Assembly (NCBI GenBank): GCA_030431575.1
Contig: JAUIIS010000002.1
Coordinates: 3,589-67,588 of the forward strand
Direction of reading: 5' to 3'
From: Acidimicrobiia bacterium
Lineage (GTDB): Bacteria; Actinomycetota; Acidimicrobiia; Acidimicrobiales; UBA8592
Length of the DNA: 64,000 nt
Below the pieces are notes generated by a model, which saw nothing but the letters and a program-made list of their open reading frames with translations, was not told where the DNA came from and ran no database searches. The first letter of the stretch is position 1. Every line of letters starts with the position of its first letter. Made by a program: the position numbers and the translations under genes. Of this stretch, positions 56,870-64,000 are shown one piece after another.

Positions 56870-57589
56870 GTGCCTGTCGACAAGCGCCCGACTATTGGCA
56901 TCGTCTCAGGCTCGGGCCCAGAGGCCGGCATCGACCTGTTGGCAAAGGTGCTTCGGCACAACCAAGACCTGTTGGGCTCGGAGTTTGCTGGCGACCTCGA
57001 CGCCCCTCGGGTGGTGTTGATCTCGGAGCCGCTGCTGGGTAGGTCGATGGACCTTGAGCGCTACGAGAACGAGGTTTGGGAGGCGCTGCGCTCCACGGTC
57101 GAAGCCATGGATCCCCACGTAGACACTTATGCGATCGCGTGCAACACCCTCAACTGGTTCGAACCACAGTTGCGCCAACTCGGTACGCAGGCAAGCTTTG
57201 TGTCGTTTCAGTCCGTGGTCTTGGCGTGGCTGAAGCAGAATTCATGCGCTGAGGTTGGCTTGTTGGGCGCTGCCCCGGTTACCGATATGGGGGAGTGGTC
57301 GGCCTACCGCAGCGTCGCGGACCAGGTGCGGGTGGAGACGCCAGCGAACAGCGAGTCCCTGCACCAGCTCATCTACGATGTGAAACGTGTCGGGAGCAGC
57401 GACCCGGCACACAGACGGAGGTTCGAGTCGTTGCTCAGCGACATGAGCGCTGACACCGTCTTGTTGGCGTGCACCGAGTTGCCGCTGCTGGGCGAGGTGG
57501 AGACCGACAAGACGCTGGTGGACGTGACCGACTTGGTCGCATTCGAACTTGCCACTCGGTCGCTCCAGTGCCGCGGGAATGCCGATTGA
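56870..57589 (+). CDS. Asp/Glu/hydantoin racemase-family protein (aspartate-racemase-like)
   Basis: IGIVSGSGPEAG and two catalytic-Cys contexts, YAIACNTLNWF and VLLACTELPLL. The GTG start is 3 nt after the trpA stop. Confidence 0.83.
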   Translation: MPVDKRPTIGIVSGSGPEAGIDLLAKVLRHNQDLLGSEFAGDLDAPRVVLISEPLLGRSMDLERYENEVWEALRSTVEAMDPHVDTYAIACNTLNWFEPQLRQLGTQASFVSFQSVVLAWLKQNSCAEVGLLGAAPVTDMGEWSAYRSVADQVRVETPANSESLHQLIYDVKRVGSSDPAHRRRFESLLSDMSADTVLLACTELPLLGEVETDKTLVDVTDLVAFELATRSLQCRGNAD

Positions 57590-57610
57590 CGGTGGCGGGT
57601 TCTTAGCTCG

Positions 57611-57802
57611 ATGGGTGACCTTCTCCTGGACGTACTGCTTCCGAAGACGGACCGAGTAGTAGGGATTCAGTGGATTGTCATGTCTGCGTTCTGGTTGGTT
57701 GTCATTGCCCTCACCTGGCGTAAGGACCGCGATATCCGCCATTTCGCGTGGGGATTGGCCATGCTGAACCTGGCCTGGTTTGCCGCGCGAACCATCCACT
57801 AG
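57611..57802 (+). CDS. possible small membrane protein (63 aa)
   Basis: Two hydrophobic helices (IQWIVMSAFWLVVIALTW and FAWGLAMLNLAWFAA). Third-position GC is lower than in neighbouring genes, so coding status is uncertain. Confidence 0.35.
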   Translation: MGDLLLDVLLPKTDRVVGIQWIVMSAFWLVVIALTWRKDRDIRHFAWGLAMLNLAWFAARTIH

Positions 57803-57847
57803 CTCAAGCCGGAGAACCGATGTCAAAGAAGTCGAGGCGATAGTTCT

Positions 57848-59209
57848 GTGTCTGAAACGTACGATCTTGTGGCTCTTGGCGGTGGCGCTGGTGGCTTGGC
57901 AGCGGTGCGCACCGCTGCGGCTGAAGGGAAGACGGCTGCGCTTGTGACTGAGGGTCCTATTGGGGGCGACTGCACCTGGACGGGTTGTGTCCCTTCGAAG
58001 ACGCTGCTGGAAGCCGCAGCATCTGGGATGTCGTTTGCATCAGCGATGCAGCGGGTCCACCAAGCCATTGCCCACATTGCGGGCACCGAAGACACAGCGG
58101 TGCTGAACGCCGAGGGTGTCGACGTGATTGCGGGTCGGGGCCGCCTCAGTCGCGACGGTTCGCTGGACGTCGACGGTCGGCGCATTGAGGCTGGAGCCAT
58201 CGTAGTGGCCACAGGCGCCCATGCAGCGCTTCCTCCCGTGCCCGGGCTTGGCGACGTTGGGGCCCTCACCAACGAGAACTTCTGGGAGCTGCAGCGGCGA
58301 CCCGCAAGTTTGGCGGTGCTTGGCGGTGGCTCCGTGGGCTGTGAACTCGCCCAGGCGATGGCGCGGTTCGGTACCAAGGTGACCTTGTTCGAGATGGCTC
58401 CACGGCTGCTTGTGCGCGAGGACCCCGAGGCCTCTGAGGTCGTGCGTGCCGCCCTGGTAGGCGACGGCGTTGCCGTCCACACCAGCGCCCGCATCGACAA
58501 AGTCGAACGTGCCAGTGATGGGCAGGTTCGCGTGCATGTCGGAGGCCACGTCACAACCGTCGAACGACTGCTTGTGGCCGCTGGCCGCCTTCCCAACACG
58601 GCTGACCTGGGCTTGGAGGATGCAGGGGTTGCCCTTACCAGCACTGGCCACATCAAAGTCGACAGACGTCTCAGGACCACCGCCGACCGCATCTGGGCTG
58701 TTGGTGATGTCAACGGCCTGCTTGCGTTCACCCACGCTGCCGATGAGCAGGGGCGCCTGGCGGCATGGGGGGCCCTGGGCCAACGCCTTGCCTGGAAGTT
58801 CGACGCAACGCGTGTCCCGTGGGTGACCTTCACGTCTCCAGAAGTTGCCCGAGTAGGACTGCTGGAGGCCGAGGCTCCACGCGGTTCCAGGGTGGCCTAC
58901 CTGCCCATGGCCGAGAACGATCGTGCTGTGGCCGCACAATTGACCGAGGGCTTCATCAAGCTCATTGCGGCGCCCCGGCGAGGTCTGGGTCTCGCTGGCG
59001 GCGGCAAGCTTGTCGGGGCAACAATCGTTGGTGCCAGAGCAGGCGAAATGATCCACGAACCGGCGCTGGCCATCCGGACCAACATGTTTACCGGCAGGCT
59101 GGCCCAGCTCAGCCATGCGTATCCCACATGGAGCGTCGGTATTCAGAAGTGTGCTGGCCAGTTCTTTAGAGAGGTCGAAGGTCGCAGCGCCCGTCCCGCC
59201 AACCGCTAG
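57848..59209 (+). CDS. class I pyridine nucleotide-disulfide oxidoreductase (dihydrolipoyl dehydrogenase/mercuric-reductase-like)
   Basis: FAD motif LVALGGGAGGLAA, redox CxxxxC in GGDCTWTGCVPSKTLLE, NAD motif LAVLGGGSVGCELA and a C-terminal dimerisation domain; 453 aa. Confidence 0.88.
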   Translation: MSETYDLVALGGGAGGLAAVRTAAAEGKTAALVTEGPIGGDCTWTGCVPSKTLLEAAASGMSFASAMQRVHQAIAHIAGTEDTAVLNAEGVDVIAGRGRLSRDGSLDVDGRRIEAGAIVVATGAHAALPPVPGLGDVGALTNENFWELQRRPASLAVLGGGSVGCELAQAMARFGTKVTLFEMAPRLLVREDPEASEVVRAALVGDGVAVHTSARIDKVERASDGQVRVHVGGHVTTVERLLVAAGRLPNTADLGLEDAGVALTSTGHIKVDRRLRTTADRIWAVGDVNGLLAFTHAADEQGRLAAWGALGQRLAWKFDATRVPWVTFTSPEVARVGLLEAEAPRGSRVAYLPMAENDRAVAAQLTEGFIKLIAAPRRGLGLAGGGKLVGATIVGARAGEMIHEPALAIRTNMFTGRLAQLSHAYPTWSVGIQKCAGQFFREVEGRSARPANR

Positions 59210-59428
59210 GCCTGCTGAAGCTATGGCACCGGGGAATGTTCTTTGTGGCCACCAGCTTGAATCCGAGCCAACCACAAGTGGGGCAGAAACTACCGAGTCC
59301 AATGACCGGGCCCCGCTCGATCGACGGACCCCTAGGGTCGCCTAGAACCGGTCACGCATTTGTGCACCTTCGGGTTTGCGTGGGCGCCATTTCACCCAGA
59401 CGCTGCGATCTTGTGCTAGCGGGGTGAG

Positions 59429-59701
59429 CTAGGAGTCGGCGAGACCTTGGCCAAAGCGGCGGAGGCGCTCTATGGCTTCGGGGTCGGCACCTTCAGGCAT
59501 GGGTTGGGCAAGCGCAGCCTTGATGCGGTCGTAGGTGGCGGCTTCTAGCCCGCAGTCGCGGCATTTGTCGAGGTGTGCGGCAACCAGGGGTGCGTCGGCG
59601 TCGTCGAGTTCGCCGTCGAGGTAGCTTTGGAGGACCTTGCCCACTTCGCGGCAGTCGAGGCCGGGTGTGTTCTTGCGCCAGAAGCGTCGTTTGATACTCA
59701 T
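59429..59701 (-). CDS. soluble zinc-binding anti-sigma factor (ZAS; RsrA/RshA-like)
   Basis: C17...H43-x3-C47-x2-C50 (DCREV...AAHLDKCRDC) has the same Cys-to-His spacing (26) as I recall for RsrA C11/H37/C41/C44. There is no TM segment. It has a 4-nt overlap with the sigma gene. Confidence 0.8.
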   Translation of the reverse strand: MSIKRRFWRKNTPGLDCREVGKVLQSYLDGELDDADAPLVAAHLDKCRDCGLEAATYDRIKAALAQPMPEGADPEAIERLRRFGQGLADS

Positions 59702-60261
59702 GTGATCCCTCTGGGCCCGACGCCAGCTGCGTCGAGGTGTTTCTTGATCCGCTTACGGGCCCGATGTAGCCGGCTCATGATGGTGCCCACGGGTACCCCA
59801 AGCTGGTCGGCGGCCTCCTGATAGGAGAGGCCGTTGATGTCGACAAGTTGGACGACATCTCTAAATTTGTCGGGTAAGGACGTGAATGCTGTTTCCACCT
59901 CGGCATCGAAACCCTGTTCGACAACGAGTTCTTCCGTTGAGCGGCCTTCTTCTCCGGGGTCTCGGACGCGTTCCATAGTGGCGTCGGGGTCTTTGAGGAG
60001 TTCCGGCCGTTTGCGGCGCACGCTGTTGATGTGTGCGTTTCGCACGATGGTGAGTAGCCATGCTCTTGGATAACGCCCGTCGAAGCGGTCGATGGCACGG
60101 TAGGCACGGAGCAGCGCTTCTTGGACCACATCTTCGGCATCGCTGCTATTACGAGTGATGGACAGTGCCACCCGGTACATGATGTCCACTTCGGGTAGCA
60201 CATACTGGTCAAAGCGGCGCTTTGCTTCTGCCTCGTCGCGTTTGGGTCCCGGATCAGCCAC
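59698..60261 (-). CDS. ECF (group 4) RNA polymerase sigma-70 factor
   Basis: Region 2 is DAEDVVQEALLRAYRAIDRFDGRYPRAWLLTIVRNAHIN. Region 4 is DKFRDVVQLVDINGLSYQEAADQLGVPVGTIMSRLHRARKRI. Confidence 0.9.
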   Translation of the reverse strand: MADPGPKRDEAEAKRRFDQYVLPEVDIMYRVALSITRNSSDAEDVVQEALLRAYRAIDRFDGRYPRAWLLTIVRNAHINSVRRKRPELLKDPDATMERVRDPGEEGRSTEELVVEQGFDAEVETAFTSLPDKFRDVVQLVDINGLSYQEAADQLGVPVGTIMSRLHRARKRIKKHLDAAGVGPRGIT

Positions 60262-60347
60262 GTCGAGATACTACCGGCGAGGTGCCGTATTGACGGGATC
60301 GGCGGTGCGAGCAGGCACCGCGGAATGTTTGGAGGCCGTGCGGGTGT

Positions 60348-60554
60348 TTGGTGGCTATGAGCTGGCTCGACCATCGCTACACGGCACGGCGCCTCGATCG
60401 ATTCGTTGATGACGCATTGCCAGATCGCGACGTCGACCGGGTGGCCAGCCACCTGATTTGTTGCCCGGAATGCAGCGCGGGTGTGCGGCTGCTGCTGCGG
60501 ATTCGAGCTTCGTTGCGGTCGATCGAGGCGAACCCGCAAACCACGCTCACGTAG
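60348..60554 (+). CDS. small orphan ZAS-motif protein (putative zf-HC2 anti-sigma-like)
   Basis: RLDRFVDDALPDRDVDRVASHLICCPECSAGV carries H-x3-C-x2-C in the usual context. It is 65-68 aa (ATG 60357 or TTG 60348) and divergent from the sigma operon. Confidence 0.5.
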   Translation: MVAMSWLDHRYTARRLDRFVDDALPDRDVDRVASHLICCPECSAGVRLLLRIRASLRSIEANPQTTLT

Positions 60555-60695
60555 TGGGTGCTACACAAAAACGGCCGATTGCCCCGGTTTTGCCACTACA
60601 ACCGTGTAATTTGGCGGTGTCTCGAGGCGCGACCCACCGGGCCGGGATTTGAGACAAACACAGCAACCCGCACATGCGGGCCAGGAGGAAACACC

Positions 60696-60980
60696 ATGAA
60701 CAAGTCCGAGCTCGTCGATGCACTCGCAGACAAGGCTGGGGTCAGCAAGACCGATGCCGACGCTGTCCTGAAAGCACTCGAAGATGTAGTAACCAGTGCC
60801 GTCGCTACCGGCGGCGACAAGATTACGCTCCCAGGTTTCTTGACCTTCGAGCGCACCTACCGCAAGCCACGCACCGGTCGCAACCCCCAGACCGGCGAGA
60901 CCCTCCAAGTCCCTGGCGCGAATGCCATGAAGGTCAGCGCAGGCTCCAAGCTCAAGGCCGCCGCAAAAGCATCGACCTGA
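60696..60980 (+). CDS. hup: HU-family nucleoid-associated DNA-binding protein (short form)
   Basis: MNKSELVDALADKAGVSKTDADAVLKAL, GFLTFERTYRKPRTGRNPQTGETLQVP. AGGAGG lies 8 nt upstream. It is 94 aa with no Lys/Ala tail. Confidence 0.93.
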   Translation: MNKSELVDALADKAGVSKTDADAVLKALEDVVTSAVATGGDKITLPGFLTFERTYRKPRTGRNPQTGETLQVPGANAMKVSAGSKLKAAAKAST

Positions 60981-61004
60981 TCCCACAGCTACTAGGTGGG
61001 TAAC

Positions 61005-61040
61005 CGCGAGGGTCGCTTCGGCGGCCCTCGTGCGTGTTTT
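61005..61040 (+). terminator. intrinsic terminator after hup
   Basis: CGAGGG(61007-12)...CCCUCG(61025-30) with an inner GC-rich pairing and a UUCG loop, followed by UGCGUGUUUU. Confidence 0.6.
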
Positions 61041-61110
61041 GACGAGGACCTCGAGTTCCTCATGTCCTCGTACCCGGCCTGTGGCGACACAACAAGTAGT
61101 GTCGAGTCCC

Positions 61111-61539
61111 ATGAGCGATCATCCCGCGCCCCATACGGTGCTCCCGCACCGAGACCCGTTCCTTTTCCTCACCGAGGTCACCGCAATAGAGTCCGGGACC
61201 TGGGCCGAGGGCTATTGGCAACTCAGCGGCGAAGAAGACTTCTTTGCCGGACATTTTCCTGGGCGGCCCACCCTGCCAGGGGTGCTGCAGTGCGAAGCCA
61301 TCGCCCAGCTTGGGGCGTACGTTGTGTTGATGGACCCAAACTACGCAGGCAAGTTGCCGCTCTTTGGCGGCCTCGACAAGGCTCGCTTTCGCCGGCAGGT
61401 ACTGCCAGGCGACCGAGTTGACCTTCGGATCGACGTCAAGCGCATGTCGGCGCGAGCCGGCAAGGCCGAGGGCGTCGCCAGTGTTAACGGCGAAACCGCA
61501 TGCAGCGGCGAGCTGATGTTTGTGATCGTGGACGCTTAG
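61111..61539 (+). CDS. fabZ: 3-hydroxyacyl-ACP dehydratase FabZ-like
   Basis: LPHRDPFLFL, FFAGHFPGRPTLPGVLQCEAIAQ and a hot-dog fold. ATG 61111 is preferred over the ORF-track start at 61030. Confidence 0.85.
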   Translation: MSDHPAPHTVLPHRDPFLFLTEVTAIESGTWAEGYWQLSGEEDFFAGHFPGRPTLPGVLQCEAIAQLGAYVVLMDPNYAGKLPLFGGLDKARFRRQVLPGDRVDLRIDVKRMSARAGKAEGVASVNGETACSGELMFVIVDA

Positions 61540-61544
61540 GACCT

Positions 61545-61670
61545 GCGCGGATAGGCCATGGTCACCGCACAGGTCCTTGCGCTCGTTCCCCGCTGTTGGC
61601 CCTGCGGGCCGGGCCGCTCGGGCCCAGGGTCCTCGCGTCTCGGCGGGCTCCGCCCACCTATCCGCTGCGC
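61545..61670. terminator. nested GC-rich inverted repeats between convergent fabZ and fabF (possible U-tail-less bidirectional terminator)
   Basis: The outer inverted repeat is gcgcggatagg (61545-55) against cctatccgc-t-gc (61657-68). An inner hairpin around 61599-61640 is ggccctg+gggcc paired with ggccc+cagggtc. No U-run follows on either strand. Confidence 0.3.
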
Positions 61671-61683
61671 CCCTTAGCTGAAA

Positions 61684-62856
61684 CTACGCGCCGGGTCCGA
61701 GCACCAATGTGCCGTTGTGGCCACCGAACCCAAAGCTATTCGACAATGAGGGCCCTGGGATCCAGTCGGCGGCCTGGCCTGTTACCAGGTTGATCTCGGG
61801 GAGTTCGGGGTCTGGCGTCGCAAAGCCGTGTGTGGGCGGCACCTGACCGTTTTGTATGGCCAAGATCACCGCAACAGCCTCGATGGCGCCAGCCGCGCCC
61901 AGGGCATGCCCTGTGGCTCCCTTAGTGGAGGTGATGAGTGGCCCGTTGGCGCCGAACACCTTGGAGACGGCGTGCGCTTCGGCAGCGTCGTTGAGGGGTG
62001 TGGACGTGCCGTGTGCGTTGATGTGAGCCACATCGCTCGCAGTGATGCCAGCGTCTTCCATGGCGAGCTCCATGCACCGGATAGCGCCGACGCCGCCCGG
62101 TGACGGCGCCGTGATGTGATGCGCGTCGGCGGTGGATGCTGAACCCAACACTTCGCCCACAATGGTGGCCCCGCGGGCAACAGCCATGTCCCATTCTTCG
62201 AGGACCAACACTGCCGCAGCCTCCGAATGCATGAACCCGTCGCGTTCAGCATCGAAAGGCCGCGAGATCCCCGCAGACGAGATGGCGGTCATGTTGATGA
62301 ATCCCTGCATGGCCACCGGGCTCTTTGTCGCCTCGGTACCCCCAGCAATAACGGCATCGCAGCGCCCGTACTTGATGAGGTCTGCGGCCCGCCCAATGGA
62401 ATGGGTGCCTGCGGCGCACGCTGTGACCGTGTTTTCGCAGGGCCCTTGGAAGCCGTACTTCATGGAGATCGAGGCTGGCGCCGCGTTGCCCATCATCATG
62501 GGGATGAGGAACGGCGACACGCGCCGCGCTCCTTTGGTGAGGAACACCTCGATCTGGTCTTCGAGCGTCGCGATCCCACCGACCCCGGTACCGACCCAGA
62601 CTCCTGTGCGAGCTGGGTCGGCGCTGAGCTCACCGGCTTGGGTGAGGGCTTCGTCGGCCGCAGCCAGTGCGAACTGGGTGAAGCGGTCCGAGCGCCGAGC
62701 CTCTTTGGGATTGTCGAAGTAGGGAAGGGGGTCGAAGTCAGCGACATCGAAGCCGTGTTCTGGCGGACCACTGAGTAGGCCTTGCCAGAACGCGTCGTTT
62801 CCTTGACCGCAGTTGGCAACGACACCTGTCCCGGTGATCGCGACACGCCGAGTCAT
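61684..62856 (-). CDS. fabF: beta-ketoacyl-ACP synthase II
   Basis: RVAITGTGVV, active-site Cys in NTVTACAAGTH, HITAP, NAHGTSTPLND and NSFGFGGHN. Confidence 0.95.
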   Translation of the reverse strand: MTRRVAITGTGVVANCGQGNDAFWQGLLSGPPEHGFDVADFDPLPYFDNPKEARRSDRFTQFALAAADEALTQAGELSADPARTGVWVGTGVGGIATLEDQIEVFLTKGARRVSPFLIPMMMGNAAPASISMKYGFQGPCENTVTACAAGTHSIGRAADLIKYGRCDAVIAGGTEATKSPVAMQGFINMTAISSAGISRPFDAERDGFMHSEAAAVLVLEEWDMAVARGATIVGEVLGSASTADAHHITAPSPGGVGAIRCMELAMEDAGITASDVAHINAHGTSTPLNDAAEAHAVSKVFGANGPLITSTKGATGHALGAAGAIEAVAVILAIQNGQVPPTHGFATPDPELPEINLVTGQAADWIPGPSLSNSFGFGGHNGTLVLGPGA

Positions 62857-63092
62857 TAGAGCTTGCCGACTACCAGATCGAATGCCTGGCCAATGGTGTC
62901 GATGCCTTCGAGCTCTTCTTCTTCGACAGTGACATCGAACTCTTCTTCGAGGGCCATGACGAGCTCGACAAGGTCGAGGCTGTCTGCGTCGAGGTCATCG
63001 GCGAAGCTGGCCTCTTTGGTGACCTTTGCTTCGTCGACTGACAGCACCTCGACGGCACATTTCTGGAATCGGGCGAACTGCTCGTCGCTCAC
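62856..63092 (-). CDS. acpP: acyl carrier protein
   Basis: Phosphopantetheine site in [19 protein letters not shown]; 78 aa. The stop overlaps the fabF ATG by 1 nt. Confidence 0.95.
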   Translation of the reverse strand: MSDEQFARFQKCAVEVLSVDEAKVTKEASFADDLDADSLDLVELVMALEEEFDVTVEEEELEGIDTIGQAFDLVVGKL

Positions 63093-63147
63093 TTGGATAG
63101 CTCCTCAGGTTGGATGGTTTCGCGGATGCGAGTTGTTGTTGGTGCCG

Positions 63148-63870
63148 TCATGATCCCATGGCCAGCCCGCCGTCGACCGGCAGGACGGCTCCAGTGATAT
63201 AGCCGGCGGGTTCTGATGCAAGGAACGCCACGGCAGCGGCGACCTCTTCTGGTCGGGCGAATCGGCCAAGGGGAACGGCTCCGAGGATCCCTTCCCGCTG
63301 GTCATCGCTTAGCGCGTCGATCATATCGGTCTGGACCGGGCCCGGAGCGACGATGTTGACCGTGACGTTGCGGGAGGCGAATTCTTTGGCCAGGGAACGA
63401 CCCAAGCCCACGAGCCCTGCTTTGGATGCTGCGTAGTTGGCTTGGCCGGCTTGACCGCCGAGCCCAACCACCGAAGACAGGTAGATGATGCGGCCCCATC
63501 GGGCCTTCATCATGGATTTTACGGCACGTTTGGAGACACGGTAGCCAGCGGTGAGGTTGGCGTCGATGACGCTTGTGAAGTCGTCTTCGGACATACGCAG
63601 CATGAGTCCGTCTTTGGTGATGCCAGCGTTGGACACCAAGATGGTCACTGGGCCGAGCTCGCTTTCGACCGTGCTGAACGCTTGGTCGACGTCGTCGGCG
63701 CTGGTGACATCGCAGGCCACCGCGAAGAGGCGAGGATCATCGGGTGGGCGAGAGCGGTAGGTGACCGCAACTTTGTGCCCATCGTCGGCCAACGCTTGCG
63801 CAATGGCGAGGCCAATGCCTCGGTTGCCGCCTGTGACGAGGGCGACGCGTGCTTGGGGGTCGTCGCTCAT
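63148..63870 (-). CDS. fabG: 3-oxoacyl-ACP reductase
   Basis: [18 protein letters not shown], the YAASKAG catalytic tetrad context and [11 protein letters not shown] 63870 (MSDDPQ) overlaps the fabH stop and is preferred over 63882. Confidence 0.93.
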   Translation of the reverse strand: MSDDPQARVALVTGGNRGIGLAIAQALADDGHKVAVTYRSRPPDDPRLFAVACDVTSADDVDQAFSTVESELGPVTILVSNAGITKDGLMLRMSEDDFTSVIDANLTAGYRVSKRAVKSMMKARWGRIIYLSSVVGLGGQAGQANYAASKAGLVGLGRSLAKEFASRNVTVNIVAPGPVQTDMIDALSDDQREGILGAVPLGRFARPEEVAAAVAFLASEPAGYITGAVLPVDGGLAMGS

Positions 63871-64000
63871 GTGGCCCCCCATCGGATAACCGCACTGGCA
63901 GAAGTCATGCCGGCTCCAAAGCCCACGAGTAACACAAGGTCTCCTTGTTCAAGTCTGTCGTTTTCGATGGCGTCGACAAGCGCCAGCGGAATGGACGCCG
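63867..64000 (-). CDS. fabH: beta-ketoacyl-ACP synthase III, C-terminal part (gene continues beyond the right edge)
   Basis: The minus-strand frame reads ...[43 protein letters not shown], a typical FabH C-terminus. The TGA overlaps the fabG ATG (ATGA). Confidence 0.8.
   Translation of the reverse strand, partial: ASIPLALVDAIENDRLEQGDLVLLVGFGAGMTSASAVIRWGAT

Noticed and set aside
59250-59280. tRNA-like fragment (cttgaatccgagccaaccaca) in the gap after the oxidoreductase.
   Set aside because: No complementary T-stem or acceptor stem can be formed, and no D or anticodon arm lies upstream. I also found no other tRNA-like GGTTCGA contexts outside coding sequence.

Overview
High-GC, densely packed chromosomal core region of an actinobacterial-type genome (Actinomycetota; class not determinable from sequence alone). 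I support about 70 CDS, many joined by 4-nt ATGA/GTGA start/stop overlaps. Order: MoxR-DUF58 (minus); HNH endonuclease plus lipoate-ligase-like gene; a full dcw cluster (mraZ-rsmH-ftsL-ftsI-murE-mraY-murD-ftsW-murG-murC-murB-ftsQ-ftsZ-pgeF-yggS-sepF-divIVA, with no murF and no yggT); ileS (minus); DksA-like/lspA/rluD; Rrf2; phosphatase-family gene; bpa; dnaE; a DUF35/thiolase pair; yyaL, menA, menG, rlmN, mshD-like, nth; hisDCBHAF; an opposite-strand methyltransferase plus hydrolase; then a GroES-like gene, trpE, ygfZ-like, a J-domain membrane gene, trpCFBA and a racemase; a disulfide oxidoreductase; an ECF sigma with RsrA-like anti-sigma; hup; fabZ; fabH-fabG-acpP-fabF (minus). I recognised no rRNA, tRNA, CRISPR array, transposase or integrase. 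This is mostly ordinary housekeeping DNA, so findings are modestly scored. Best leads: (1) a GroES-fold protein coupled to trpE with a C-terminal GLYL tail resembling the proteasome-docking tail of the Bpa homologue in the same window (GTYL); (2) a compact three-way-junction RNA-like element in the long mraZ-rsmH spacer; (3) a promoter-to-terminator unit with three C-rich-loop hairpins (6C-like sRNA candidate); (4) phased GTGG repeats over a near-consensus promoter upstream of mraZ; (5) histone-like Lys/Ala tails on a DksA-like and a DUF35 protein. All functions are inferred by eye from remembered motifs, with no searches run.
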